Notes: generated by a model not told the origin, from the sequence alone. Numbered from the stretch's first letter, positions 18,009 through 30,110 are shown. The stretch: 44,092 nucleotides of DNA from an uncultured Clostridia bacterium (GCA_944332315.1 CALVJT010000006.1:1-44092); one strand, 5' to 3'. Numbers and translations: made by a program.

Positions 18009-19118
18009 ATGCCCACTGAAAGAATATCAATACTAAAATCTAAAAAGTTTCTATTGCCTAGTAAATCTAAAACATTTAATAGCATTATGTGGTACACAAC
18101 AAATGGGCGCGATTATCTTTTTAAGTTTCCACAAAAAAACAATAAATCTTTTAAGCCTTTTATAAATGAGGTGCTAATTTCTGCTATATGCAAGCGCCTT
18201 AACTTGCCTTGCCAAAAAGCTACTTTTGCTGTTTTTCACAAAACAATGGGCGTGAAAATAGAGAGTTTTTTAAGTAATGGCGAAGTTGAAATTCCACTTT
18301 ATGATTTTATTGGCAAACGCTTTCAACAAAGGCTTTACGAAGTAGTAGGCGAAGACTTTTTTGAGGATGCAATTATTCCGATGATAGAAAAACAAGGCAC
18401 CAAAGGCAAATCGAGAATAGATAAACAGGAACTGCTAAACGATTTTTTTGAACAGGTAACCTTTTTAATAGATTGCAAACTAAAAATTAGAGAATGTGCA
18501 CCTGCCGTACTAAAAAAAATAGAAAAAAACTATGAACAAATATATTCCCTTTATGATGAATTTGAGCACAAACTTGACGATAAAAGTATTTATAATTATA
18601 TGAATGAGTATGCGCACGAACAAAATTTGCAGATAAACCCACAATTAAAAGTTAATTATTGTAGGCAAATAATTTTAGATTTACTAACTGGTCAAGAGGA
18701 TAGGCACCTAAACAACATAAGTTTGCTACAAAATAAAAAAACCATCCGCCTTGCCCCCATGTATGATAATGGTCATTGCCTTTTATATAAAAGATATGAC
18801 GAATCAAACAAAACACAAATTTCGCTGACCGATTTTACTTACAGTATGCTAACTACAAACTCTATGCTTATGCGAGATTTATACGAAATTCAGAATTTTA
18901 TAAAAAATAATAGAAACGATTTTATTAATGATTTTATAAAAGAAAATTTCGAAGCATTAAGTAAAATTATACCTACAAAGCAAGAATTAAACGGTACCCA
19001 ATGGCTTTATGAATATTTGGATAATATTTTTAATTATATGCAAACAAATATGCTAATACTAAATAAAAACATTGAAAAATTTAAGGCAAATGAAGCATCA
19101 TTATCCCAAAAACCTTAA
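18009..19118 (+). CDS. HipA/CtkA-like serine/threonine kinase
   Basis: YLFKFP (Lys), NEVLIS (Glu), DLLTGQEDRHLNN (catalytic loop) and LAPMYDNG. Confidence 0.85.
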   Translation: MPTERISILKSKKFLLPSKSKTFNSIMWYTTNGRDYLFKFPQKNNKSFKPFINEVLISAICKRLNLPCQKATFAVFHKTMGVKIESFLSNGEVEIPLYDFIGKRFQQRLYEVVGEDFFEDAIIPMIEKQGTKGKSRIDKQELLNDFFEQVTFLIDCKLKIRECAPAVLKKIEKNYEQIYSLYDEFEHKLDDKSIYNYMNEYAHEQNLQINPQLKVNYCRQIILDLLTGQEDRHLNNISLLQNKKTIRLAPMYDNGHCLLYKRYDESNKTQISLTDFTYSMLTTNSMLMRDLYEIQNFIKNNRNDFINDFIKENFEALSKIIPTKQELNGTQWLYEYLDNIFNYMQTNMLILNKNIEKFKANEASLSQKP

Positions 19119-19344
19119 ATTATTTATTTTTATCACTTATAACTTATGCAAAAGTAGTTATTGCATTTAAGTTCATGCATTTTAAGCTATTTTATTGCAC
19201 TTACAAATACTGTAGAATATTTTTATAATTTGCTTATTTTTACAAAATATAGTTTCCTAAAATAAATGCATTTAGCACTAAATCCCTTTGACTTAATATT
19301 TTAGATATGTTAAAATATTGTGCTTATTTATAAAGGGGCTAATT

Positions 19345-19941
19345 ATGACACAAATTATTGCAGTTGTGGGAAAATCTGGAAGTGGCAAAAGCACTTTTTG
19401 CGAATTGCTATCTCAAAACTTAAATTGCAACACAATTTACATTGATAAAGTTGGACATTTAATTTACGATAACCCACAGTTTATAGATTTTATTAATGAG
19501 CGTTTAGGTTCAATGTATCTAAACGAACACGGCAAAATAGCCGACCGCAAAAAAATTGGGGATTACATATTTTCGCACAAAGGAAGCAAAGTAGTTAAAG
19601 ATTTTAATGCTCTTACTTGGCAGTTGATGGAAAAAATTATAGATGCAGAATTAGAAAAAAGTGATAAATTTGTTATACTAGATTGGTTTAATTTGCCCAA
19701 CACTAAATATTTTGAACTTGCCGATTATAAAATACTTGTAAAAGCGCACGACGAGGAAAAGCGCATACTTATGGTGCGCTTGCGAGATAATATTTCCAAA
19801 GAGTATTTAGAAAAGCGCGAAAGCAATGGGATAGCTTATAATGAATGTGATTATGATTTCGTTATTGAAAACAACTACGATAATGATGATATTATAGAAA
19901 AGGCAAAAATTATCGGCAATATTATACAAAAAAAATGCTAG
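19345..19941 (+). CDS. coaE: Dephospho-CoA kinase
   Basis: IIAVVGKSGSGKST P-loop, IDKVGH, DRKKIGDYIF, DFVIEN; start reassigned to ATG 19345; promoter TTGACT-17-TAAAAT at 19288-19316. Confidence 0.8.
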   Translation: MTQIIAVVGKSGSGKSTFCELLSQNLNCNTIYIDKVGHLIYDNPQFIDFINERLGSMYLNEHGKIADRKKIGDYIFSHKGSKVVKDFNALTWQLMEKIIDAELEKSDKFVILDWFNLPNTKYFELADYKILVKAHDEEKRILMVRLRDNISKEYLEKRESNGIAYNECDYDFVIENNYDNDDIIEKAKIIGNIIQKKC

Positions 19942-19970
19942 TCGCTATTTATATTAGTGCTAGCATTTTT
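19931..19970. terminator. Terminator between coaE and gyrA
   Basis: AAAAATGCTAG ... CTAGCATTTTT inverted repeat. Confidence 0.65.
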
Positions 19971-20080
19971 ATATTATTTAGCATATAAGCAATAAAGAAT
20001 TTTATACAAAACAATATTAAATGATAAACAATTTATGCCTTTTTTATAATTTTTAGTATTTAACCTACATATATTTGAAA

Positions 20081-20122
20081 CTTTATGTGCTATTTTACTA
20101 GGCTTTATGTACTATTTTACTA
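20081..20122. repeat. 22-bp-period tandem duplication (2 copies)
   Basis: CTTTATGTGCTATTTTACTA-GG-CTTTATGTACTATTTTACTA, one mismatch. Confidence 0.8.
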
Positions 20123-20136
20123 TGTTAAATTAATAA

Positions 20137-22854
20137 TTAGAAATCGTCATCATTATCATCTGGGGTATTTTTATTTGTACTATCGTCGTCATCTAAATCT
20201 ATATTTAAGTCATCTACACTCAAAGTTTTATTCAAAAAATCATTGAGTTCTGCTGTTTGATCGTGATGTTCGTCATCCTCATCGATATCCCCCTCTTGCT
20301 CTAACCCCTCGTCCTCGGTTTCGATATCATCACTCTCATCATCATTAGTAAAATCTTTTAGGTTATCATTTTCCTCAACAGTTTCAAATTGCGCGTTTTC
20401 AATCACCTCGCTATCGCTTTCGGTCTCTTTATCAGCTACACCTACACTTACAACTACGTTATCGCCACGCACATTCATAATTTTTACGCCATAGGTCATT
20501 CTACCAAATATACCTATTTGCTCGGCGTGCACCCTTATAACTGTCCCGTTTACCGTAACAAGCATAACATCGTCATTTTCTGTAACCCTTTTTAGGCACA
20601 CCAACTTGCCAGTTTTGGTATTAAATCTACCAGCCTTTACACCTTTGCCTCCGCGCTTTGTTGTGCGAATATCACTTACGCGCATACGCTTACCAATGCC
20701 GAGCTCTGATACTACTAGGACAATATCCTCGTCATCAACAATAGTCATATCCACTAGTTTAGCATCGCCAAGCAACTTCATCCCGCGCACACCTTTGGCA
20801 GTTCTACCCATTGCGCGCACTTGCGTTTCGCTAAAGTGTATGCATCTGCCGTTATCGCTAGAAAGTATAATTTTTTTAGTGCCGTCGGTTAAAGATACGC
20901 CTATAAGTTCGTCATTATCAAGCAGATTTATTGCGTACTTACCGTTTTTGTTTATGCGTTCAAACGCACTCATATGCGTTTTTTTGATAAGCCCGTTTTT
21001 AGTAGACATTAAAAGGTAGCCATTAGTTCTATCATTTACAGGTATTATTGTAGTTATTTTTTCGTTAGAGCTCAAGTTTAGCAGGTTTACCATTGCTCTA
21101 CCTTTAGCAGTTTTTTGCGCTTCTGGCACCTCATATGCTCTAAGGCTATAAACCCTACCAAAGTTAGAAAAGCAGAAAAGGTGATCGTGAGAATTTGTGA
21201 TGAACATATGTTCCACAAAGTCCTCCTCTTTGGGCTTATGTCCAATTACGCCAACCCCTCCCCTGTTTTGCGATTTATATTCGCTTACAGCAAGGCGCTT
21301 GATATAGCCTGCGTGCGTTAAAGATATTACAACTTCCTCCTTAGGTATTAAATCCTCGATATCAATATCTCCGTAATCTATACTAATTTCGGTTTTTCTA
21401 GGAGTGTTGTACTTTTCCTTAATCTCCAAAATTTCTTTTCTAATAATAGCATCTATTTTTTGAGGGCTATCTATAATACTCCTCAACTCGGCAATAAGCG
21501 CTTTTAGGTCGGCAAGTTCTTTTTTGAGTTTTTCTACTTCAAGGCTAGTTAGCCTTTGCAGGCGCATTTCCAAAATAGCGGTGGTTTGTTTTTCCGAAAG
21601 CAAGAACTCCTCGCGCAACCTTTCGCCCGCTTCAACTTTATCTGCCGATTTTTTAATTATAGCAATAACCTCGTCAATGCTTGCGAGTGCAATTACTAGT
21701 CCTTCGATGATATGCTCTTTTTCTAGCGCTCTATCAAGTTCAAACTTAGTACGGCGCAAGATAACTTCTCGTTGATGTCGCAGATAGTGGTAGATGATTT
21801 CTTGCAAATTTAGCACTTTTGGCACGCCATCTACAAGCGCAAGCATAATAATGCCATCGCTAACTTGTAGGTTACTATGCTTATATAGCGTATTCAAAAC
21901 TACTTGCGGGTTAGCATCTTTCTTTACATCTATTACAATGCGCATCCCGCTTCTATCCGATTCCTCTTTAATATCTGAGATGCCATCAATGCGCTTAGAC
22001 TTTACGAGGTCGGCGATCTGCATAATTAGTTTTGCTTTGTTTACTTGATAAGGAATTTCGGTTACAATTATATGACTGCGACCGCCTTCCTCCTCAATTT
22101 CGGCTTTTGCGCGAACAACAATGCCCCCGCGCCCTGTTCTATATGCTTGCCTTATGGCGTTGCGCCCCATAATTATGCCCCCAGTTGGGAAATCGGGCGC
22201 AGGCATAATTTGGATTAATTCATCTACAGTAATATCGGGATTATCTATCATAGCCACAACGCAATCTATAGCTTCGCCAAGGTTATGTGGCGGTATGTTG
22301 GTTGCCATTCCCACAGCTATACCGTCCGAGCCATTTACAAGCAAGTTAGGGAACCTACTAGGCAAAACTGATGGTTGCATGTATGTACCATCAAAGTTAG
22401 GAATAAAGTCCACACTATTTTTATCCAAATCACGCAACATCTCGCCCGCAACTTTGGATAGCCTTGCTTCGGTATACCTCATTGCAGCAGCGCCATCTCC
22501 ATCCACCGAACCAAAGTTACCATGCCCATCTACAAGCGGACAGCGGATAGAAAAATCTTGTGCTAGGCGCACCAAGGCATCGTATACCGCAGAATCGCCA
22601 TGTGGATGGTACTTACCAAGTACATCCCCGACAATACGCGCACATTTACGATAGGGTTTATCGTTATACAAGTTCAATTCGCTCATTCCATAAAGGATGC
22701 GCCTATGCACAGGTTTTAGCCCATCACGCACATCGGGTATGGCGCGCGTGATGTTTACCGCCATAGCATATGACATAAAACTATCTGTCATCTGCTCAAC
22801 AATTGGCGCATCAAGAATTTTTGAATTGTCTTTATCCATTTTAATATCGTCCAT
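20137..22854 (-). CDS. gyrA: DNA gyrase subunit A
   Basis: [29 protein letters not shown] (catalytic Tyr), GyrA-box-like QNRGGVG, C-terminal pinwheel repeats, acidic tail. Confidence 0.97.
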   Translation of the reverse strand: MDDIKMDKDNSKILDAPIVEQMTDSFMSYAMAVNITRAIPDVRDGLKPVHRRILYGMSELNLYNDKPYRKCARIVGDVLGKYHPHGDSAVYDALVRLAQDFSIRCPLVDGHGNFGSVDGDGAAAMRYTEARLSKVAGEMLRDLDKNSVDFIPNFDGTYMQPSVLPSRFPNLLVNGSDGIAVGMATNIPPHNLGEAIDCVVAMIDNPDITVDELIQIMPAPDFPTGGIIMGRNAIRQAYRTGRGGIVVRAKAEIEEEGGRSHIIVTEIPYQVNKAKLIMQIADLVKSKRIDGISDIKEESDRSGMRIVIDVKKDANPQVVLNTLYKHSNLQVSDGIIMLALVDGVPKVLNLQEIIYHYLRHQREVILRRTKFELDRALEKEHIIEGLVIALASIDEVIAIIKKSADKVEAGERLREEFLLSEKQTTAILEMRLQRLTSLEVEKLKKELADLKALIAELRSIIDSPQKIDAIIRKEILEIKEKYNTPRKTEISIDYGDIDIEDLIPKEEVVISLTHAGYIKRLAVSEYKSQNRGGVGVIGHKPKEEDFVEHMFITNSHDHLFCFSNFGRVYSLRAYEVPEAQKTAKGRAMVNLLNLSSNEKITTIIPVNDRTNGYLLMSTKNGLIKKTHMSAFERINKNGKYAINLLDNDELIGVSLTDGTKKIILSSDNGRCIHFSETQVRAMGRTAKGVRGMKLLGDAKLVDMTIVDDEDIVLVVSELGIGKRMRVSDIRTTKRGGKGVKAGRFNTKTGKLVCLKRVTENDDVMLVTVNGTVIRVHAEQIGIFGRMTYGVKIMNVRGDNVVVSVGVADKETESDSEVIENAQFETVEENDNLKDFTNDDESDDIETEDEGLEQEGDIDEDDEHHDQTAELNDFLNKTLSVDDLNIDLDDDDSTNKNTPDDNDDDF

Positions 22855-22879
22855 AATATATTCCTTTGTTTTGAATAGT

Positions 22880-24826
22880 TTATATATCCAAATCCTTTAC
22901 TTTAGGAGCATTTTCCTCTATAAACTGCCTGCGCAACTCTGGATGCTCACCCATCAATAAATCAAAAATTTCCTCCGCAGCTAAGGCATCCTCCATAGTA
23001 ACTTTTAGCATAATGCGTCTTTCGGGATCCATAGTAGTTTCCCACAGCTGGTCGGCATTCATTTCGCCAAGCCCTTTATAACGCTGAATCTCTACGCCCT
23101 TATTGTCGATTGTTTTAAGGTAGGCATCTTTATCCTCCTCAGTATAAAAGTACTTTTCGTCCTTGCCTTTTGTAACCTTATAAAGTGGAGGTTGAGCAAT
23201 ATATACATGCCCTTGTGATATAAGCGGACGCATAAATCTAAAGAAAAATGTAAGCAATAGTATCCTTATATGACTGCCATCTACATCGGCATCTGTCATA
23301 CAAATTATTTTATGATACCTCAACTTGCTTTCGTCGTACGCTTCGTGTATGCCACACCCAAAGGCGGTTATCATGCTATTAATTTCGGCATTCTCCAAAA
23401 TTTTGCTGACACTACCCACTTTTTCGACATTCAATATTTTACCGCGCAGTGGCAATATTGCCTGAAAACGCCTATCGCGCCCTTGCTTTGCAGTACCGCC
23501 CGCACTATCACCCTCGACAATGTAAATTTCGCAATTTCTAGGGTCTTTATCGGTGCAATCGCTCAATTTGCCAGGCAAAGTTGTATGCTCAAGTATGCTT
23601 TTTCTACGAGTCAAATCACGCGCGTTTCGTGCGGCATCGCGTGCCTTTTGCGCGGTAAGACAGCGGGATACTAGCTCGCGTGCGGTAGTAGGGTTTTCCT
23701 CTAAAAACGAGCCAAAGCCATCTACCATTACCTTTTCCACATATCCACGCATCTCGGAGTTGCCAAGTTTGGTTTTGGTCTGCCCCTCGAACTGTGGGTT
23801 CGTAAGTTTTACACTTATAACAGCAGTCAAGCCCTCACGCACATCCTCGCCAGAAAGCTTATCACTTTCCTTAATCATCTTGTTGCGGATAGCATAGTCG
23901 TTGATAATTTTTGTAAGGCTATTCTTAAAGCCTGTCAAGTGCGTGCCGCCTTCAATAGTATTAATATTGTTGGCGTACGAATGAATATTTTCGGCATAGC
24001 CATCATCGTACTGCATGCAAATTTCTACCTCGTAGTTGCTTGCCACCTTTTGCAGATAAAGCACATCACCAAACAGTGTTTGCTTTTTAGATACCAGCTG
24101 TTGTACAAACTCTTTTATGCCACCTTCAAAACAAAAAGATACATTTTTATCATCTCTTTCGTCATTAAGTTCGATAGTAAGTCCACGATTTAGAAATGCA
24201 ATTTCGCGAAATCTAACTTTAAGAGTATCAAAATTAAAGTTTGTAGTTTCAAAGATTTCTGCATCTGGAAAAAAACTAATCTCCGTACCGCGCTCATCAG
24301 TATCCCCCACAACAGCTAGTGGCGCTTGCGGAACTCCGCGCTTATATTCTTGGTGATAATGTTTGCCATTTTGATAGATATCTGCCTTTAGCCACACCGA
24401 AAGTGCATTGACTACCGAAAGCCCCACTCCATGCAGCCCGCCAGATATCTTATAGCCGTTGCCTCCAAATTTACCGCCAGCATGCAATTTTGTAAGCACT
24501 ACTTCCACCGCTGATTTATGCTCGGTTTTGTGCATGCCTGTTGGAATACCACGCCCATTATCGCGCACACTTATACTGCCATCTTTGTGTATTGTAACTT
24601 TTACCTTAGTACAGTAACCAGCAAGAGCCTCATCTATACTATTATCAACAATTTCTATTATAAGATGATGTAGCCCGCGCTCGTCGGTAGAGCCAATGTA
24701 CATACCGGGACGCTTTCGTACAGGCTCTAAGCCCTCAAGCACCTGAATATCGCTTTCATCATATTTTTCCGAATGTCTTAATTGATTTTCGAGTTCCTCA
24801 ACATTTTCATTTTCAATATCGCTCAT
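22880..24826 (-). CDS. gyrB: DNA gyrase subunit B
   Basis: [58 protein letters not shown]. Confidence 0.97.
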   Translation of the reverse strand: MSDIENENVEELENQLRHSEKYDESDIQVLEGLEPVRKRPGMYIGSTDERGLHHLIIEIVDNSIDEALAGYCTKVKVTIHKDGSISVRDNGRGIPTGMHKTEHKSAVEVVLTKLHAGGKFGGNGYKISGGLHGVGLSVVNALSVWLKADIYQNGKHYHQEYKRGVPQAPLAVVGDTDERGTEISFFPDAEIFETTNFNFDTLKVRFREIAFLNRGLTIELNDERDDKNVSFCFEGGIKEFVQQLVSKKQTLFGDVLYLQKVASNYEVEICMQYDDGYAENIHSYANNINTIEGGTHLTGFKNSLTKIINDYAIRNKMIKESDKLSGEDVREGLTAVISVKLTNPQFEGQTKTKLGNSEMRGYVEKVMVDGFGSFLEENPTTARELVSRCLTAQKARDAARNARDLTRRKSILEHTTLPGKLSDCTDKDPRNCEIYIVEGDSAGGTAKQGRDRRFQAILPLRGKILNVEKVGSVSKILENAEINSMITAFGCGIHEAYDESKLRYHKIICMTDADVDGSHIRILLLTFFFRFMRPLISQGHVYIAQPPLYKVTKGKDEKYFYTEEDKDAYLKTIDNKGVEIQRYKGLGEMNADQLWETTMDPERRIMLKVTMEDALAAEEIFDLLMGEHPELRRQFIEENAPKVKDLDI

Positions 24827-25056
24827 AACTACTCCTAAGTTAAGACTATTTTATCTAAAATGGCTCGCTTTTTAGGATAATAAATATGTGGAAAACGCAC
24901 TTTTCCTAAATTTTTAATGAGCCTCCCCAATTGCTTTAATTAACAATTTTTATAGCCTTTTTAAACTTGATTAATTATACCACAAAAAGCATAAAAACAC
25001 AAGCAATTTTCTTAATTTTTGCCCCTTAAAAACTTAGAAAAATATGACAAAATATT

Positions 25057-25085
25057 GCATATTTTTGTAAAAAATGTCATAAATA
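25057..25085 (+). promoter_or_regulatory. Possible sigmaE-type sporulation promoter
   Basis: GCATATT-14-CATAAAT upstream of the yabP-like gene. Confidence 0.45.
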
Positions 25086-25122
25086 TATTTGAAACTAATA
25101 AATAGAAAAGGAGTTCATTTTT

Positions 25123-25419
25123 ATGGCTAATCAAAACCAAAATTCTAGCACCGAAAATTTAGTTTCTAACCACAAAATATCTATCGAATCACGCTCAAAA
25201 ACTACAATATCGGGCATTACTAATGTGGAAAGCGCCAACGAAACAGGACTAGTTATGTACATAGGCAAAACTTGCCTATCTGTGGATGGCGAAAACTTAA
25301 AAGTCCAAAAAATAGATGTAGATACCGGCAATGTGGAAGTTATAGGGCTCATAAAAAACATAAAATATAGCGATGCAAAACCTCATCGTAGTATCCTAAA
25401 AAAGCTTACAAATAAATAG
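25123..25419 (+). CDS. yabP: YabP/YqfC-family sporulation protein
   Basis: HKISIESRSKTTISGITNVES...GENLKVQKIDVDTGNVEVIGLIKNIKY pattern; 98 aa; RBS AAGGAG. Confidence 0.8.
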   Translation: MANQNQNSSTENLVSNHKISIESRSKTTISGITNVESANETGLVMYIGKTCLSVDGENLKVQKIDVDTGNVEVIGLIKNIKYSDAKPHRSILKKLTNK

Positions 25420-25590
25420 ACAACTTGCATAACTAAGCGCAAATCTTTTAAGTTATCTTGCAAGCCTAAAAATGGGCTTTAAATAAGTAAAACATCAAAA
25501 ATATAAATAGCAAAGATAAAGTATAATAGTTGTTATGTATGAAGCACCCCACAAAAATATGTTAATAAAAATAAGCCATTTTTACCAACA

Positions 25591-25628
25591 AAAAACTGTA
25601 AAAGAAATTTTCCTTTACAGTTTGTTTT
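25591..25628. terminator. Terminator between yabP and the collagen-like gene
   Basis: AAACTGTAAA ... TTTACAGTTT inverted repeat. Confidence 0.65.
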
Positions 25629-25644
25629 GCTATTAATATTTTAA

Positions 25645-27114
<1,470 letters not shown>

Positions 27115-27129
27115 TTAGTACTCCAATTT

Positions 27130-27159
27130 CAATGTATGCAAGCAGACAAAAAAATGTCA
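27130..27159 (-). promoter_or_regulatory. Possible sigmaK-type promoter
   Basis: GACA-16-CATACATTG upstream of the collagen-like gene. Confidence 0.5.
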
Positions 27160-27334
27160 AAAGTATTTCTTAATAACACTTTGTACTACTAATAAAAATC
27201 TTGTACTGTTGTTCCTTTCAACTTGCCGATTTTTGTATTTTTATTATAAGTATTTTGTTTGTACCTTTTATCTATAAAACATTAATGTGAATGATCGAAA
27301 AACGCTGATTAACCTAAAAACTCAACACGGTTAT

Positions 27335-27380
27335 AAAAAAATAGTGCGATTTAACATGATGTTTTGTATCGCACTACATT
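27335..27380 (-). terminator. Rho-independent terminator
   Basis: TAGTGCGAT ... ATCGCACTA with an A-run on + (U-run on -). Confidence 0.7.
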
Positions 27381-27385
27381 ATATA

Positions 27386-28135
27386 TTATTTAGTTTTTGC
27401 TTTTTCGCCCAATCTTGCTTTTTGTTTATTGCGTTCGGCTTCGACTTCCTTAAAGCCCTTTTTTACTTCATTGTATTTATTTTGCACGGAATTGTGTAAA
27501 TTTATAGTTTCCTCTTTAAGAGTTAAAAACTCTTGCACTTTTTGACGCGCTTGTCTATATTCTTTAATAAGTCCAGCACTATCAAATTTTTCCATATATT
27601 CATTGTTCAAAAATATTTGCTTCATATTATCAAGGCTTTCCTGCTTAAGGTCAAATATGCCGTTTTCCTTGTATTTTGCAAAAAGCTTATCGGCGTCATC
27701 AAACAGTGTTTTAGCCTGATTTGTTATGTCGTTCCATTGTTTATCGGTAGGCACAACCTTATCCGCCTTTATTTTTTGTTTGTTTTCGGCAATCCATTTT
27801 TTGTTTTGCTCAAAGTTGCCATCAAGTTTTTGCAAATCTTCTTTAACAAGTTCATAATTAGGCATATTTTCGAATTCGGCATCAAACAAATTCAAAATTT
27901 GCTTAAATTGTTCTATTTCCTCTTTGCTAACCTGAACAACTTTTCGTGCCGGTTTTTGGGGTGCCTTTTGTGGCGTCTTTTTTTGTGGCGCCTTTTGTTT
28001 ATTTTGAACTTCTTTTTTTATCTCTTGCTTTTCCTGTGGTGTCAATTCGTTTACATTTACCGATTCTTGTGGATTAGTATCATAAATGCCACCGATTCCT
28101 AAAATGTTTTCTTCTTCCATTTCCATAATACTCAA
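27386..28135 (-). CDS. Hypothetical coiled-coil, Lys/Glu/Gln-rich protein
   Basis: 249-aa ORF with promoter TTGACA-17-TAAAAT (28183-28155), RBS GAGG and terminator; short PQK repeats. Confidence 0.8.
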   Translation of the reverse strand: MSIMEMEEENILGIGGIYDTNPQESVNVNELTPQEKQEIKKEVQNKQKAPQKKTPQKAPQKPARKVVQVSKEEIEQFKQILNLFDAEFENMPNYELVKEDLQKLDGNFEQNKKWIAENKQKIKADKVVPTDKQWNDITNQAKTLFDDADKLFAKYKENGIFDLKQESLDNMKQIFLNNEYMEKFDSAGLIKEYRQARQKVQEFLTLKEETINLHNSVQNKYNEVKKGFKEVEAERNKQKARLGEKAKTK

Positions 28136-28511
28136 CCTCTCTTATTTTGTAGTAATTTTATCATATTGCAAAGTTTTTGTCAATATTAAATTTTCTGCTG
28201 CACATTAAATTTTTTACACTTTTAATTTTTTGCTACGCGTAAAATTTGAACCTTTATCATTTTTTGAACAATTTAAGTAGTATTAAAATACCTGTACCTA
28301 AAATTTAACTTTACGCCATTAATATATAAAACATTTTTGCAGTGTATGGTTCGCATTGTTTTACATTCCCACTACCACATAGTTAATTTGCACCCCTACT
28401 AAAATATTTATACCGCTTTAAGTTGATTGATTAATAAAAAAGTGTTATAATAAATTAATTGTTTTTTACGGTATTAAACCCGTGCTTTTAATTTATTCTT
28501 TAGGATGGATT

Positions 28512-29195
28512 ATGAACTATACTTTTTTTGACATAGAATGTTGCGATGGCGTACATATATGTAGTATTGGCTACATACAAACCTCTTTTAATTTTAGAAT
28601 GCTATCTAAATGCGATATATTAATAAACCCAGAGATGCGTTTTAGATTAGGCCCACGCAACAATACAGCATTATCACTTTCGTATCCTAATATGACATTT
28701 TTTAAGCAACAACCTTTTCCACATTTTTATGACAGAATAAAAAAGTTGTTGCTAAACAAAAATACTTTTTTAATTGGATTTAGCATTAATAACGACTTTA
28801 ATTTTATTAATCTTGCGTGTGAAAGATATGGCCTTAAGCAATTGAATATGCGCGGATTTGATGTGCAAAAACTACAAATGATTATTTCAAAAGACACGCA
28901 GGTGCGTTCGTTAGATAAAGTAGCAGAAATGCACAATATTTTTACAAACAAACTCAAACTACACAAAAGCTGTGATGATGCCGAACTTACTATGCTAATT
29001 TTACGCAAAATTTGTAAAGAACAAAACAAAACTATAAATGATATTATTAATGCTTATCCAAGCTGTTTAGTGCAATCTAAACTGTATGTGCGCAAAGTAA
29101 AGCCAAAAAGGAACACAGCAAAAACTCATTCTAACTTATTAAATAGTTCCCTACCCAAAATAGATTATAAAAAAACAAATACTAAACCTTTATAA
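28512..29195 (+). CDS. DEDDh 3'-5' exonuclease (DnaQ-like)
   Basis: FFDIEC (ExoI), GFSINNDFNF (ExoII), LHKSCDDA (ExoIII); start reassigned to ATG 28512; promoter TTGATT-17-TATAAT at 28423-28451. Confidence 0.88.
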   Translation: MNYTFFDIECCDGVHICSIGYIQTSFNFRMLSKCDILINPEMRFRLGPRNNTALSLSYPNMTFFKQQPFPHFYDRIKKLLLNKNTFLIGFSINNDFNFINLACERYGLKQLNMRGFDVQKLQMIISKDTQVRSLDKVAEMHNIFTNKLKLHKSCDDAELTMLILRKICKEQNKTINDIINAYPSCLVQSKLYVRKVKPKRNTAKTHSNLLNSSLPKIDYKKTNTKPL

Positions 29196-29206
29196 AAAAT
29201 TGAATA

Positions 29207-29249
29207 CAAAAGGCTCAACCTAAAAATTGGTGAGCCTTGTTTTATTTTA
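29207..29249. terminator. Rho-independent terminator
   Basis: AAGGCTCA ... TGAGCCTT followed by GTTTTATTTT. Confidence 0.75.
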
Positions 29250-29413
29250 TAAATTAGAACAAAAGATAATTTGCCTTTTAGTATGTTTATGCTTGAACCA
29301 CAATACACAATAAGATATTAATATAAAAATTTAGTGCGCTAAAAAATAATAAAGTTAATATACTTTTAATATTTTTATGCAAACTTTTATAAATTGCAAC
29401 TCTAATTGCATAC

Positions 29414-29749
29414 CTACTTACCCCCCTTTTTACAAGGTGTTTTTTTTATATATGTTCCGCAAAGGGGTTTATCATTAATATCTAGCACCATTATACCATT
29501 TGCAAGGCACCTACCATTTTGATTGAACATACAGTGCTCAATACACTCGATATTAGCTTTTTTGATGTGCCTAAAGTTTTCGTATTCGGGCGTTTTGCTG
29601 AACATTATTTTAGATAGATCCTCAACTTGCTTACCTTTATCTAAAATATAACTTTTACACTCCGAACTTTTGCTTATATTAATTACTTTAGCCGTGCAAA
29701 CGCATTTTTTATTATGTATGCAATTTAGTTTTCTACAATTTATATCCAT
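29414..29749 (-). CDS. DUF1540-type Cys-rich protein (two repeats)
   Basis: Two copies of C-x3/4-C-x2-N-x3/4-C-x-A-x2-I...C-x-[ST]Y. Confidence 0.75.
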   Translation of the reverse strand: MDINCRKLNCIHNKKCVCTAKVINISKSSECKSYILDKGKQVEDLSKIMFSKTPEYENFRHIKKANIECIEHCMFNQNGRCLANGIMVLDINDKPLCGTYIKKTPCKKGGK

Positions 29750-29783
29750 AGTTATATTATGGACAATTCTTTACTATCTATAC

Positions 29784-29980
29784 TTAATATGTAATAGAAC
29801 TTACTATGCCCAACATAAAAACAAAAAATACAACTATTATTATGATGTTTATCGCAAAAGCAATAGCCCACCCTTTTATAAAATCATCTTTTTCCTCCTT
29901 TCCTTCGCAACTTAGTAAGCCCCAAAGCCCCAATATGCCAAAAAAGAAACCTAAAAGAAATCCCAAACCTTTTTTGTCAT
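29784..29980 (-). CDS. Small two-TM membrane protein; ATG start is out of frame with the body (needs -1 shift at A_AAA_AAG)
   Basis: RBS AAGGAGGAG + ATG ACA AAA AAG GTT TGG GAT TTC TTT TAG; the -1 frame reads GLGFLLGFFFGILGLWGLL...FIKGWAIAFAINIIIIVVFF. Confidence 0.65.
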
Positions 29981-29997
29981 AATCTCCTCCTTATTTG

Positions 29998-30030
29998 TAT
30001 ATAATATAGATTTATAGTCTATATTATATA
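29998..30030. promoter_or_regulatory. 13-bp perfect inverted repeat, candidate operator
   Basis: TATATAATATAGA-7-TCTATATTATATA just downstream of the minus-strand promoter TTGACA-17-TATTAT (30060-30032). Confidence 0.55.
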
Positions 30031-30110
30031 TATAATAGCATACATATTGACATTTGTCAATCTATTAAAACACATTTTAAATGCAATATAATAGATTAAA
30101 AGGTGAAAAT

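Noticed and set aside
20081-20122. Direct repeat as a CRISPR remnant or iteron
   Set aside because: Only two adjacent copies, no spacers, no cas or rep genes.
20389-24356. Numerous plus-strand ORFs inside gyrA/gyrB
   Set aside because: Antisense frames produced by codon bias of conserved genes.
20137-24826. parC/parE (topoisomerase IV) assignment or oriC proximity
   Set aside because: GyrA-box-like motif and full C-terminal domain favour gyrase; no dnaA, dnaN, recF or DnaA-box cluster seen.
25545-25572. Possible third copy of the palindromic element (CACCCCACAAAAATAT)
   Set aside because: Match too short and degenerate to support by eye.
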